Translations under genes and position numbers: made by a program
Part shown: in pieces, positions 1 to 8,581 of the stretch
How positions within the stretch are numbered: position 1 is the first letter of the stretch
Layout: each line of letters begins with the position of its first letter
Source: Octopus sinensis
Lineage: Eukaryota
Length of the DNA stretch: 12,594 nucleotides
Reading direction: 5' to 3'
Assembly: GCF_006345805.1 (NCBI RefSeq)
Contig: NW_021826562.1
Location: 1-12,594 of the forward strand
Notes under the pieces: generated by a model
Databases searched by the model: none
Told to the model about the DNA's origin: nothing
What the model saw: only the letters and a program-made list of their open reading frames with translations

Positions 1-499
1 TAAGGTCTCTGTGAAGAAAACAAACCTAACGAAATTGATAGATGTCGAAATCTATGTAATCCGTCGTTTAAGAAATCGCTATCGATCCAATTTGTAAATA
101 CAAACTTTAGTCAAACTTTAGTACAATTGGTATTGTGTTAGAGTATCAGAGAAATGACACAAAGGTAATGGATATGTATCCATTTAATTTCAGATCACAT
201 GTATTTCCTATAAATCTGGAGAATCTTAGTAATCTAATACAATTATTGATTGTATGAAGTAATATGATTCTCTAAACTTATCGGAAACACGGGTAGGCTG
301 GAATAAAATATATAAATACAACCGATACCCCCTTACTTTTATGCCTTTTCCAATATGTGTGCGTGTATGGACAATATGCGCCCGCGGGGGGGTGTATGCA
401 TATATATATATAAAACCATAATATATACACACATGTATGTATAATATATATATATATATATAAATATATGAATGTATACACACATATATTTTTTTTTTT

Positions 500-1270
500 C
501 AGAATGAGATAAAAAAACCAAGGCTTTGAAGATTTTAGAACATTTATAAACAGGTCTTACAGCTGTTTCCAGGATATTTATTATATTGTTTCATCGGAGA
601 CGGTGTGAGAAAATGGTCAAGCAATAGTTAATTTAGATAAGATACGAAATAGAGAGTGAAGTAGAGGAATGAAAATAAATGTGAGATATACAGGGATATT
701 ACATTTGTAGATCCATTATTTACGCAGAATGGTATACATATAAGATTCCAACACCTTGTGAGTAAAATCGAATAGTATCTAAAATTGGTCATTCCAAGTA
801 TAAAGTTGTACACAGTGCTATTGAATCAAGGGTTTTATTTAATGTGACCTAAAAGTAGGGAATGTATTTGTAAGGTCAAATCGAAACCAGGAAGAGAGGA
901 ATAAAGAAAAGAGAAAAAAGAGAAGAAAAAAGAACAAAAAACAGGAAGAGAGAAATAAAGAAAAGAAAGAAAAAAGAAAAAAGAAAAACGAGGATAGAAA
1001 TAATAAGGGTAGTGTACTAGTTAGTGGTCAGTCAAAATAATTTGAAAGTAGGAATGGGGAGATAAGGGTGATAGAGAGAGAAAGGTATTAGAGTGTAAAA
1101 AGATAGAAGGAACGAGGGTGATAGAGAGAGGTATAAACAGTAAAGGACTGTCAGTTAAGTAGTGACAGAGTCTAAGTGATGGAGCAGAGAGAGGGATAGT
1201 AGTAGTATGGAATGAAGAATTTAGGAATATAGATTAGGTGGTCGGACAGGTCAGTGTTTAGTAGTAGAAG
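500..1270 (-). mobile_element. Probable solo 3' UTR/pseudo-LTR fragment of a Penelope-like element (pyrimidine-rich UTR followed by a degenerate hammerhead)
   Basis: On the minus strand a long pyrimidine-rich tract (plus 900-1260 is purine-rich) precedes an HHR-like motif at 601->554 and then a TA microsatellite. This is the same order as the 3' end of the PLE at 11100-11690. No ORF is attached. Confidence 0.45.
554..601 (-). ncRNA. Degenerate type I hammerhead ribozyme
   Basis: Minus strand reads GUCU-CCGAUGA-aacaauauaauaaauauccug-GAAAC-AGCU-GUA-AGAC. Stem I is GUCU/AGAC and stem III is the palindrome ACAGCUGU. The core CUGAUGA is mutated to CCGAUGA and stem II is eroded. Confidence 0.6.
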
Positions 1271-1289
1271 AAAATATTTATGTGAAGAT

Positions 1290-1537
1290 GTATACATATG
1301 TATATATTAGACATGTATATATATATTTATACAGATGTTTATACATATCAATATCTACATATACAGCTCATACTTATGTGTATATGTACACATGCACACC
1401 GATATATACGTGATTCTGTATGTATTATCGCCCCTGTATACGCAGGTATACATACCTTGCATACATACATTCACACATACACACATACATACACGCATAC
1501 ACACACACATGCACACACACACAAATACATACATATG

Positions 1538-1568
<31 letters not shown>

Positions 1569-1600
1569 TATATATTATATATACAATGTATATATGTGTA

Positions 1601-1647
<47 letters not shown>

Positions 1648-1795
1648 ACCCACACAGACACATACACACACACTCACACACACCACACAAATATATATAT
1701 ATATATATAATATATATATATATATATCTATATATATATATATTATATATATATATATATTATATATATATATAATGTTATATATATACCAAATA
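1290..1795. repeat. Compound microsatellite (TA)n/(CA)n/(TACA)n
   Basis: Directly visible dinucleotide and tetranucleotide runs. The overlapping IY/HT-rich ORFs are artefacts. Confidence 0.95.
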
Positions 1796-1851
1796 ATAAG
1801 AAGAATGGGTTAAGCAGTCTTATACTGGATTGCCTCGTGTATATATGTTTA

Positions 1852-1941
1852 ATCTAAGGTGTAACTGCTGAAGAAGACTTCGCCTAGCAAATTATTTTAT
1901 TTGCTAAAAAAAAGTCTTAAACCATTGTCCAGAATTTAGAT
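1852..1941 (+). ncRNA. Type I hammerhead ribozyme, copy 1 (core G12 mutated to U)
   Basis: CUGAAGA 1868-1874; stem II AGAC 1875-1878 / GUCU 1914-1917, enclosing the hairpin UAGCAAAU/AUUUGCUA; UAAAC 1918-1922 in place of GAAAC; CAUU; GUC 1927-1929. Stem I is CUG/CAG plus distal AUCUAA/UUAGAU. Confidence 0.7.
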
Positions 1942-2321
1942 GATAACTGTTTTTATTTTTCATTCCCTTCGAAGGTTTATCCCTAATAGTGGTTTGGAAT
2001 TTAACTGTTCTGTCTAGCGTGTAAGGAATCATGTGATGGATGCCTCTTATGTGTTTAAATATACACTGTATTTATATGAATAATATATAGTCTATTGACT
2101 AAATTTTTACACGCTAGGCCACTGGTAGTAGAAATTTCTAATACTTTTTATTACCCTTAATATTATTAATTATTGATAATTTTTTCTGGCTAATTTTCGA
2201 ATTGAAAAGCCGGCATTAGTATGTACAACCGACAAGGAGCTGCCCTTGCGCGGTAAATTTAGAAAAATTAGAATGTATAAGCTCGGGGCATATACTGGAT
2301 TGCCTCGTGTATATATGTTTA

Positions 2322-2413
2322 ATCTAAGGTGTACCTGCTGAAGAAGACTTCGCCTAGCAAAGTATCTTATTTGCTAAAAAAAAACGTGTGAAACCATGGT
2401 CCTGGATTTAGAT
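2322..2413 (+). ncRNA. Type I hammerhead ribozyme, copy 2 (core intact, one mismatch each in stems I and II)
   Basis: CUGAAGA 2338-2344; AGAC 2345-2348 / GUGU 2386-2389; GAAAC 2390-2394; CAUG; GUC 2399-2401. Stem III is the perfect palindrome ACCAUGGU. Stem I is CCUG/CUGG (one U-U) plus AUCUAA/UUAGAU. Confidence 0.75.
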
Positions 2414-2559
2414 GATTTAGATGATAAATGTTTTTATTTTTCCTTCCCTTCGAAGTTTTATCCCTAATAGGGGTTTGGAATTTAACTGTTCTGTCTAGCG
2501 TGCAAGGAGTCCTATGATGGATGCCTCTTTTGTGTTTAAATGTACACTGTATTTATATC

Positions 2560-2775
2560 AACACCATTACCATTATCATCACCATTGTCGTCTTCGTCCT
2601 CAGCATCATTATCATCATTAGCATCGTTAGCATCATCAAAAGCAGCAGCTGAAGGAACTTCGTCGTCGATATCGCCGTCGTCGTCATCATCGTCACCATT
2701 AATATCGACATCATCATCATGTTCATCGTTCGTATCAATAAAAACAACAGCAGTGGCAGCCCTACTAATGAAAGA

Positions 2776-2814
<39 letters not shown>

Positions 2815-2915
2815 CATCATCATCATCGTCATTATTATTATCATTATTATTATTGTTATTATTGCTGTCGTCGTTGTTGTTGTCCTTCTTCTTCTCACTA
2901 CTACCACCACTACTA
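2560..2915. repeat. Compound trinucleotide low-complexity tract (ATC/GTC/ATT)n
   Basis: Runs of catcat, gtcgtc and (att)n. These produce the poly-I/S/D/Y pseudo-ORFs. Confidence 0.9.
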
Positions 2916-3059
2916 TCTTTAAAAAGTGCTGAGCTAGGCGAGGCAGTGGAGTGATGGTAATAGCCAGTACATTACCATTATCTTTGAGCCATGTGAAAGT
3001 GCTTCAAGTTTCAATTGCAATATTTGAAGAAGAAAAAAACATGTTATCAGCAACCTCTG

Positions 3060-3166
3060 TTGTATGCTGTATGTATATATCCATATACATGTATGTATGC
3101 ATGTACCTATGTATGTATGTATGTATGTATTATGTGTTGGTGTATATACGTTTGTATGTACATATC

Positions 3167-3204
<38 letters not shown>

Positions 3205-3471
3205 CATACATATATACCTACATATATACATATCATATATGTATATATGTATGTATATATGTGTTTATATATATATATATATATAATATATATATATATA
3301 CTATATATATATATAATATGTGTGTGTGTGTGGTGTGTGTTGTATGTGTGTGTGGTATGTATGTATGTATGTATGTATATATGTACAGCTATCTATACGC
3401 ACATACGAATACAAACATGTATATTTATATATACACACACACGAACACACATACCTACATACATACATACA

Positions 3472-3503
<32 letters not shown>

Positions 3504-3600
3504 CACACACCACACCACACACATATATACATTCAGACGGGCATACACTTATGTGCACACAAATGTTTGTGTGTTCGCCTGTCTGAGTACGTATGTGTGT
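3060..3600. repeat. Compound microsatellite (TATG)n/(TA)n/(TG)n/(TACA)n
   Basis: Directly visible runs. Confidence 0.95.
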
Positions 3601-3844
3601 GAATGTAAGCGATTGCGTATGATTTTATAAAAATGAAGAACAGCGAATTGAAGCGAATGTATTATGATCATTGAAATTGGTGAGGATATTTTCGAAATTG
3701 ATAACTCTTTGTTAACTCTAGATATTTGTTTACCATCCATTAGATGATGGAACACTTCATCGCAGTTCTAGTTAAGAATTATACACATGCCTTTCTCTGT
3801 GTGTGCATGTGGTCATATAACCATATTCAAACATGTATCATACA

Positions 3845-3889
3845 AGCACATAATACACGCACACACCTACAGACACACACATGTGTGCT

Positions 3890-3945
<56 letters not shown>

Positions 3946-4402
3946 TGTGTGTGTGTGTCTGTGTCTGTGTGTATACATACATATATTATATGTACATATT
4001 CGTGTGTTTGTGTAAGTATACGATTTTATGTGCGTATATATACATAAATATATATATACATCTATGTGGGATATATGTGTGTGTGTATGTGTGTGTGCGA
4101 TATGATATATATGCCTAAATGAATTTACTTTTCTATTGGTATGCATATGAGCTCGTGACTCAGAATTCTGTGATTTTACGGATGTGTGTTGTGTGTGTGT
4201 GTGTGGTGTGTGTGTGTGTGTGTGTGTGCATACATACATAAATATATATATATCATTACTTTCATTTTTATAAACATATATGTATGCATCATGCATGTAT
4301 GTAGGTACGTTGCATACGCGTGTATATTATATATATATATATATAATATATCTATATATATATACATAATATATTCATTCGCATGTGGCGTATATATATA
4401 TA

Positions 4403-4435
<33 letters not shown>

Positions 4436-4475
4436 CTATATATTATATATATATGTATATATTTGTATACATTAT
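3845..4475. repeat. Compound microsatellite (TA)n/(TG)n with a short unique interruption at ~4115-4180
   Basis: Directly visible runs. Confidence 0.9.
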
Positions 4476-4477
4476 AT

Positions 4478-5032
4478 GGTGGCTGCCCCCTCGTTATCGA
4501 GTATGGCCATTGCACGAAGCTTAATCAATGTTGTTATCGTGCAATGTCTGTGCAAGAAGATAATTTTTAAAGTGAGGAAAGGCTGTGCACTGAGTCAATC
4601 CCACTCACTAAGCAACAGCAGCTATAATCCGAAAAGAAGGACAAGTCAACATCATCGGTAACCACTGAGCCGCAGATTTTATGTCGGAGTTATCCCAGTT
4701 ACCTGAGTTACTTTCTCCTAGAAGGATGCCCTAACAAAGGCTAGGGGTCTTTCACTCCCAATGGTTTAACCGCGCGATCGGATATTCTGTCCAATTATTT
4801 CTATGTCCCCGCGTATGATACAGCCTTAAGACATTTATCGGATGGCCGTTGACTCACAAGAGTTCCTTCGCCCTTTGACGGGTTTTGTTTTTCATCCCGC
4901 AGGGTGTCCAATAAACACCCTCCTCACCAAGCAAGCTCGGTGATGTTGCCGGTTTAGTCGCCGACGACCCGACCATGCAACATGTTGTACTGGGTTACAT
5001 GTTACCAGTAGCACTCGAAAGTGACCTGACAC
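4478..5032 (-). mobile_element. GC-richer structured island, possibly the 5' UTR fragment of a non-LTR retrotransposon
   Basis: Several hairpins (4508-4517/4537-4546, 4901-4907/4915-4921, 4924-4931/4936-4943). The minus-strand motif gttagggcatccttctaggagaaagtaactc resembles, from memory, 5' regions of RTE-type LINEs. No convincing ORF; bounded by microsatellites. Confidence 0.35.
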
Positions 5033-5034
5033 GT

Positions 5035-5219
5035 ATATTATATACGTACATATATAGCGTACATATATGCGTGTGTGTGTGTGCATACATATGTATGTAT
5101 GTATATGTTGATTATATAATATATAATATATATATATATATATATATTATATAGTATATAATGCTCAGTATATGGATATATTATATATATATATGTATAT
5201 ATAAATATTATATATATAT

Positions 5220-5285
<66 letters not shown>

Positions 5286-5363
5286 ATATATATATTTATA
5301 TATATGAATGTATGTGTATGTCTGTATATAGATAGATATATATATATAGATAGATAGACAGAC

Positions 5364-5447
<84 letters not shown>
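5035..5447. repeat. (TA)n followed by a long (GATA)n microsatellite (~5347-5447)
   Basis: Directly visible runs. Confidence 0.95.
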
Positions 5448-5790
5448 CATCATCTGATCGAGCTTGGTCGGACATTTCTAACCCATTGCATTAGTCGAGG
5501 TGAGGTCTTCTGGAAGTATCCAATATCTCTACTGAGTTAGTCTATGTACGTTGTGTTCGACCTGCTCTAGTTCGAGCATGCTTATGCATCTACAGCAGTT
5601 CGTTACTTGCTAGTAGTAACTCGAGAGCAAAGCACTGAAGGGCGCAAGCGCCTTTTTCTTATTATGCAGGAAGCATATAGGTGATCTCCATACAGCTGAT
5701 TCTTGATGGCATGAGTTCTCCAGGATATGTATAATTAACATTAGGGTGTAAGTTCCGTCTAGCTAGGATTCCAGCATTTTTTTCTCTGAG
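5448..5790 (-). mobile_element. Decayed 3' end of an RTE-clade LINE (post-RT C-terminal region and tail)
   Basis: Minus-strand translation with frameshifts gives ISWRTHAIKNQLYGDHLYASCIIRKRRLR ... LL*MHKHARTRAGR ... TYID*LSRDIGY. This resembles the RTE C-terminal pattern ISW..H..N..LYG.L..IS..I..RRLR...GRP..TYID.L..D.G. It ends in a (GAT)n tail. Confidence 0.65.
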
Positions 5791-5849
5791 TATGTGTGTG
5801 TGTGTGTGTGTGTGTGCTTGTGTGTGTGTGTGTGTACGGGCGTGCATCT

Positions 5850-6160
5850 ATTTCCAATATCTAGTTTGTATGAATTTTCTCAGGTGCATTCAGGTCGCTT
5901 TTTGAACTCACTTTCGTTCCTGACTGCCAATAGAAGTAAATCTTCACAACGAACATCTTTCTGCTCGCCTTAAACGTCGAGTATGCGTAAGTATCCTCTA
6001 GCTATCCAGAAGTTAACATAAGTTGGAGATGCACATGTTTTCGCTATATTTACTTCATCAAGATTAATTTTCATAGACCCAGCCAATTTCTGACCAGTTA
6101 TTAAGGGATCTCAATGAATTCATGTCTTGTGTAATGAATTTAGACAGGAATTCATTGAGA
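5850..6160 (-). mobile_element. Possible upstream continuation of the same RTE remnant, separated from it by a (TG)n run at ~5790-5835
   Basis: Weak residual similarity only (FTSIGS ~ FKYLGS, RYWK ~ IWK), with many stops. Confidence 0.25.
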
Positions 6161-6187
6161 TTGTGAGGTTCGCATGTGTCTTGTGGC

Positions 6188-6188
<1 letters not shown>

Positions 6189-6237
<49 letters not shown>

Positions 6238-6289
6238 TATATTTATCCATGTGTGTGTTTACATATATGCATATAAACACAACACACAC

Positions 6290-6350
<61 letters not shown>

Positions 6351-6460
6351 TTACTACATATATGTAACACACACATGGATAAACATATATATATATATAT
6401 ATATATATGTGTATGCACATATGTCTACATACATGTATGTATTATGTATGTATGTATACG
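6189..6460. repeat. Compound (TA)n/(CA)n/(TG)n microsatellite
   Basis: Directly visible runs. Confidence 0.9.
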
Positions 6461-7804
6461 CGTTACTACGGGGGGGGGAGTTCTGGATCTCTTGCCAATG
6501 AATCTAAACGAGATCCATGGCTCCTTCACTGGAAATTTAAACAACATCAACAAAGTATTTGTGCATGTTTGCGTGCATGTGAGCAATAAATGGAATGGAG
6601 TCTGTACATGTGCATATTTGTATGTTTTAGTTTATGTACTTATTCTGATGCATATAGCTGCATATCTAGACCCGTCCATATGTACTCGTATACTAAATTT
6701 TTAGGAAGTTTTACATATTTTAACTATTCCATTGATGGCTTATATTAGTAATCTAATTAGCTTTCGCTTTTCTGGTTCTGAGAAGCCTAATTTCTAAATA
6801 TCGTTGCTGGGGCAGTTTCTTACATACCCCAGTATCCCAATAATTACGGGTATAAATCTGAACATGCAACCTGAGTAGAGTAGCTGTAAATTTCCCGATA
6901 GCTTAGTGTAGATGCAATAATCACTGTTATTTAGCTTTATGTTGACGTCCACTGGACAGCTAATTTAAACTTCTATACGAGTACTTAGCTTCGTACTTAG
7001 TTTCTCTTCATTAAGGTTTTCACTAGAATATTCCCCCTTTCATATTATCAATAGCTCTGGCCTCTACCACAATGTGTATTCTTATCTCTTTGGCCTCAGG
7101 AGTCTTCCGATGGATCTCATTATGCAGTGTCTTGGCTACAACATCATGTCTCATTGGTAAGTAATAGCGAGTTGACATTTTCGGACAAATCTGCATTGGT
7201 TATCATATTTTGGTGTTTTCCTGTGTCTATAATTTTTGAGCATCGGGAATTTGGTTGCTATTTCCTATTCCTGAACTGCAAAATCATACCCTTCAAAGTA
7301 AGAGTTAGTGATCCAGTTGGTGGCCCTCGATATACTGCTTTGAATTTCAATGTGGCTGTCATCCTGGAGTTTTCTGCTAACATATCCATGTATGGTCTTC
7401 TACTGATATGCACTCATCTTTTCATCTAATGATATGTTGCGCTAGAGTCGTGCGACTTCTTTGGACATGTATTCAAGGTCATAAGACAAGTTATGTTGTG
7501 CGAGGAGATGCTTTCCAAATTCCATGATGTTATCTGCCTTGTGTATGCAGACTTGGTCAAGAGATGCACTTCGGCATTTTGTGGTTAAAAGGTGTTGCCG
7601 AAAGGATACCATGTGGTATTCAAAAGAAGTCTACATCAACGTTAAGCCTCTGCTTCCTTGTTTTTGTTTCAGGTAGAGATGGTCTACGTTATTTTCGATG
7701 TGAAAATTATTATTGCTGATCAGTATCTTCCGGATTTTCACATCAATGATTTGGATCTCATTAAGCATTCAATAAAATAGCTCAAGTATGAGTATTGGTA
7801 TTGC
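6460..7804 (-). mobile_element. 5'-truncated, decayed R4/Dong-clade non-LTR retrotransposon (RT thumb, zinc-knuckle remnant, restriction-like endonuclease, 3' UTR)
   Basis: Minus-strand translation from 7804 gives AIPIL...NEIQIIDVKIRKILISNNNFHIENNVDHLYLKQKQGSRGL ... KTIHGYV ... FEGYDFAVQE*EIAT ... NQCRF / CPKMSTRYYLPMRHDVVAKTLHNEI ... SCPVDVNIKL ... LQLLYSGCMFRFIPVIIGILGYV ... GIVKICKT, ending ~6693. It has multiple stops and frameshifts. The 3' UTR runs to the microsatellite at ~6460. Confidence 0.85.
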
Positions 7805-7805
7805 A

Positions 7806-7838
7806 ACACACATATATATATATATATATTATATATAT

Positions 7839-7889
<51 letters not shown>

Positions 7890-7921
7890 ATATATATATA
7901 TGTGTATATATATATATATAT
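7806..7921. repeat. (TA)n microsatellite
   Basis: Directly visible run. Confidence 0.95.
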
Positions 7922-7975
7922 GGGCAAGTGCATTTTACTTTAGTCCTGGCCGACCAAACCCTTGTGAGCGGAGTT
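7921..7975 (+). mobile_element. Internal fragment of the same SINE family as 11936-12306
   Basis: tgggcaagtgcattttactttagtcctggccgaccaaacccttgtgagcgga matches the reverse complement of ~12195-12236 (tgggcaagtgtcttttact...gaccaaagccttgtgagcgaa). Confidence 0.7.
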
Positions 7976-8054
7976 TTTCAATATGTGACCGCATGGGTAT
8001 CGTTGGCGATTTCATTTCTCCGTCTTCCCTTCCTTGGAACTTTCCTTTTTCTAT

Positions 8055-8089
8055 GTTTCTAGTGAAGAGCTCCGCTCGAAACGTTAAAT
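8055..8089 (+). ncRNA. Degenerate minimal hammerhead motif within a probable PLE terminal fragment (~7976-8187)
   Basis: GUUU-CUAGUGA-A-GAGC-UCC-GCUC-GAAAC-GUU-AAAU. Stem II GAGC/GCUC is perfect, stem III is the palindrome ACGU, and stem I is GUUU/AAAU. The CUGANGA box is corrupted to CUAGUGA. Confidence 0.55.
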
Positions 8090-8394
8090 CCTCCTTCTTT
8101 CTTTCCTTTCCTGAGCATCTAATAACACTATACTTGTTCTACGTCCTCGCGTTGTTGTGTTTTCTCTTTGTTCATGTTTGGATTAACTCTAATGCCAAAT
8201 ATGCAGAAAATAGACATTGTCAATAACCATTATAATTTATGCGTCTCGAAACAAGCCGGCATATTTGGCATTAGAATTTTTCTTTTGTCCTTATTTTTTA
8301 TAAGTTATTTATAAATTTAACCTTTAAAAGTATTTTTTAATATGCTGGCCATTGATAAAATTTTTTTTCGAAAAAATTTAATTCTACATTACAT

Positions 8395-8424
8395 GTATAT
8401 ATATATGTGTGTGTGTGTGTGTGT

Positions 8425-8476
<52 letters not shown>

Positions 8477-8494
8477 TGTGTGTGTGTGTGTGTG
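8395..8494. repeat. (TA)n then (TG)n microsatellite abutting the left end of the PLE
   Basis: Directly visible run. Confidence 0.95.
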
Positions 8495-8581
8495 TCAAAG
8501 ATAGATAGTAGGAAGAGAAGGTATAAAGGAATAATAGGTAGGGAACAAGTGGAGAGGGAAGGGTACGTTCATTGAAAGAAT
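8494..8581 (-). repeat. Left arm of the inverted repeat (partner 11175-11255)
   Basis: Its reverse complement attctttcaatgaacgtacccttccctctccacttgttccctacctattattcctttataccttctcttcctactatctatctttgac matches 11175-11255 except for one substitution and a 7-nt indel. Confidence 0.95.

Larger units (their letters stand above)
1821..2558 (+). repeat. Direct repeat (1821-2077 and 2291-2558, period ~470 nt), each copy carrying a hammerhead motif; retrozyme-like or tandem PLE pseudo-LTR
   Basis: Both copies start tatactggattgcctcgtgtatatatgtttaatctaaggtgta and remain alignable to ...acactgtatttatat, with scattered substitutions and small indels. Confidence 0.9.

Noticed and set aside
1-390. Possible retroelement coding remnant at the window start
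   Set aside because: The frames I translated by eye (three plus, two minus) had frequent stops and no recognisable motif.
1821-2558. LTR retrotransposon LTR pair or CRISPR-like array
   Set aside because: No TG...CA termini, primer-binding site or target-site duplication seen. There are only two long units in a eukaryotic context, with no repeat-spacer pattern.
2536-2932. Acidic poly-Asp ORF (minus) and poly-Ser/Ile ORF (plus)
   Set aside because: Both are explained by the trinucleotide repeat tract; no splice or domain evidence.
4850-5010. Canonical HDV-like or twister ribozyme
   Set aside because: The ggcaac and gcgaa motifs are present, but I could not build P1, P1.1 or P3/L3, nor the twister pseudoknots. 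Kept only as a low-confidence lead.
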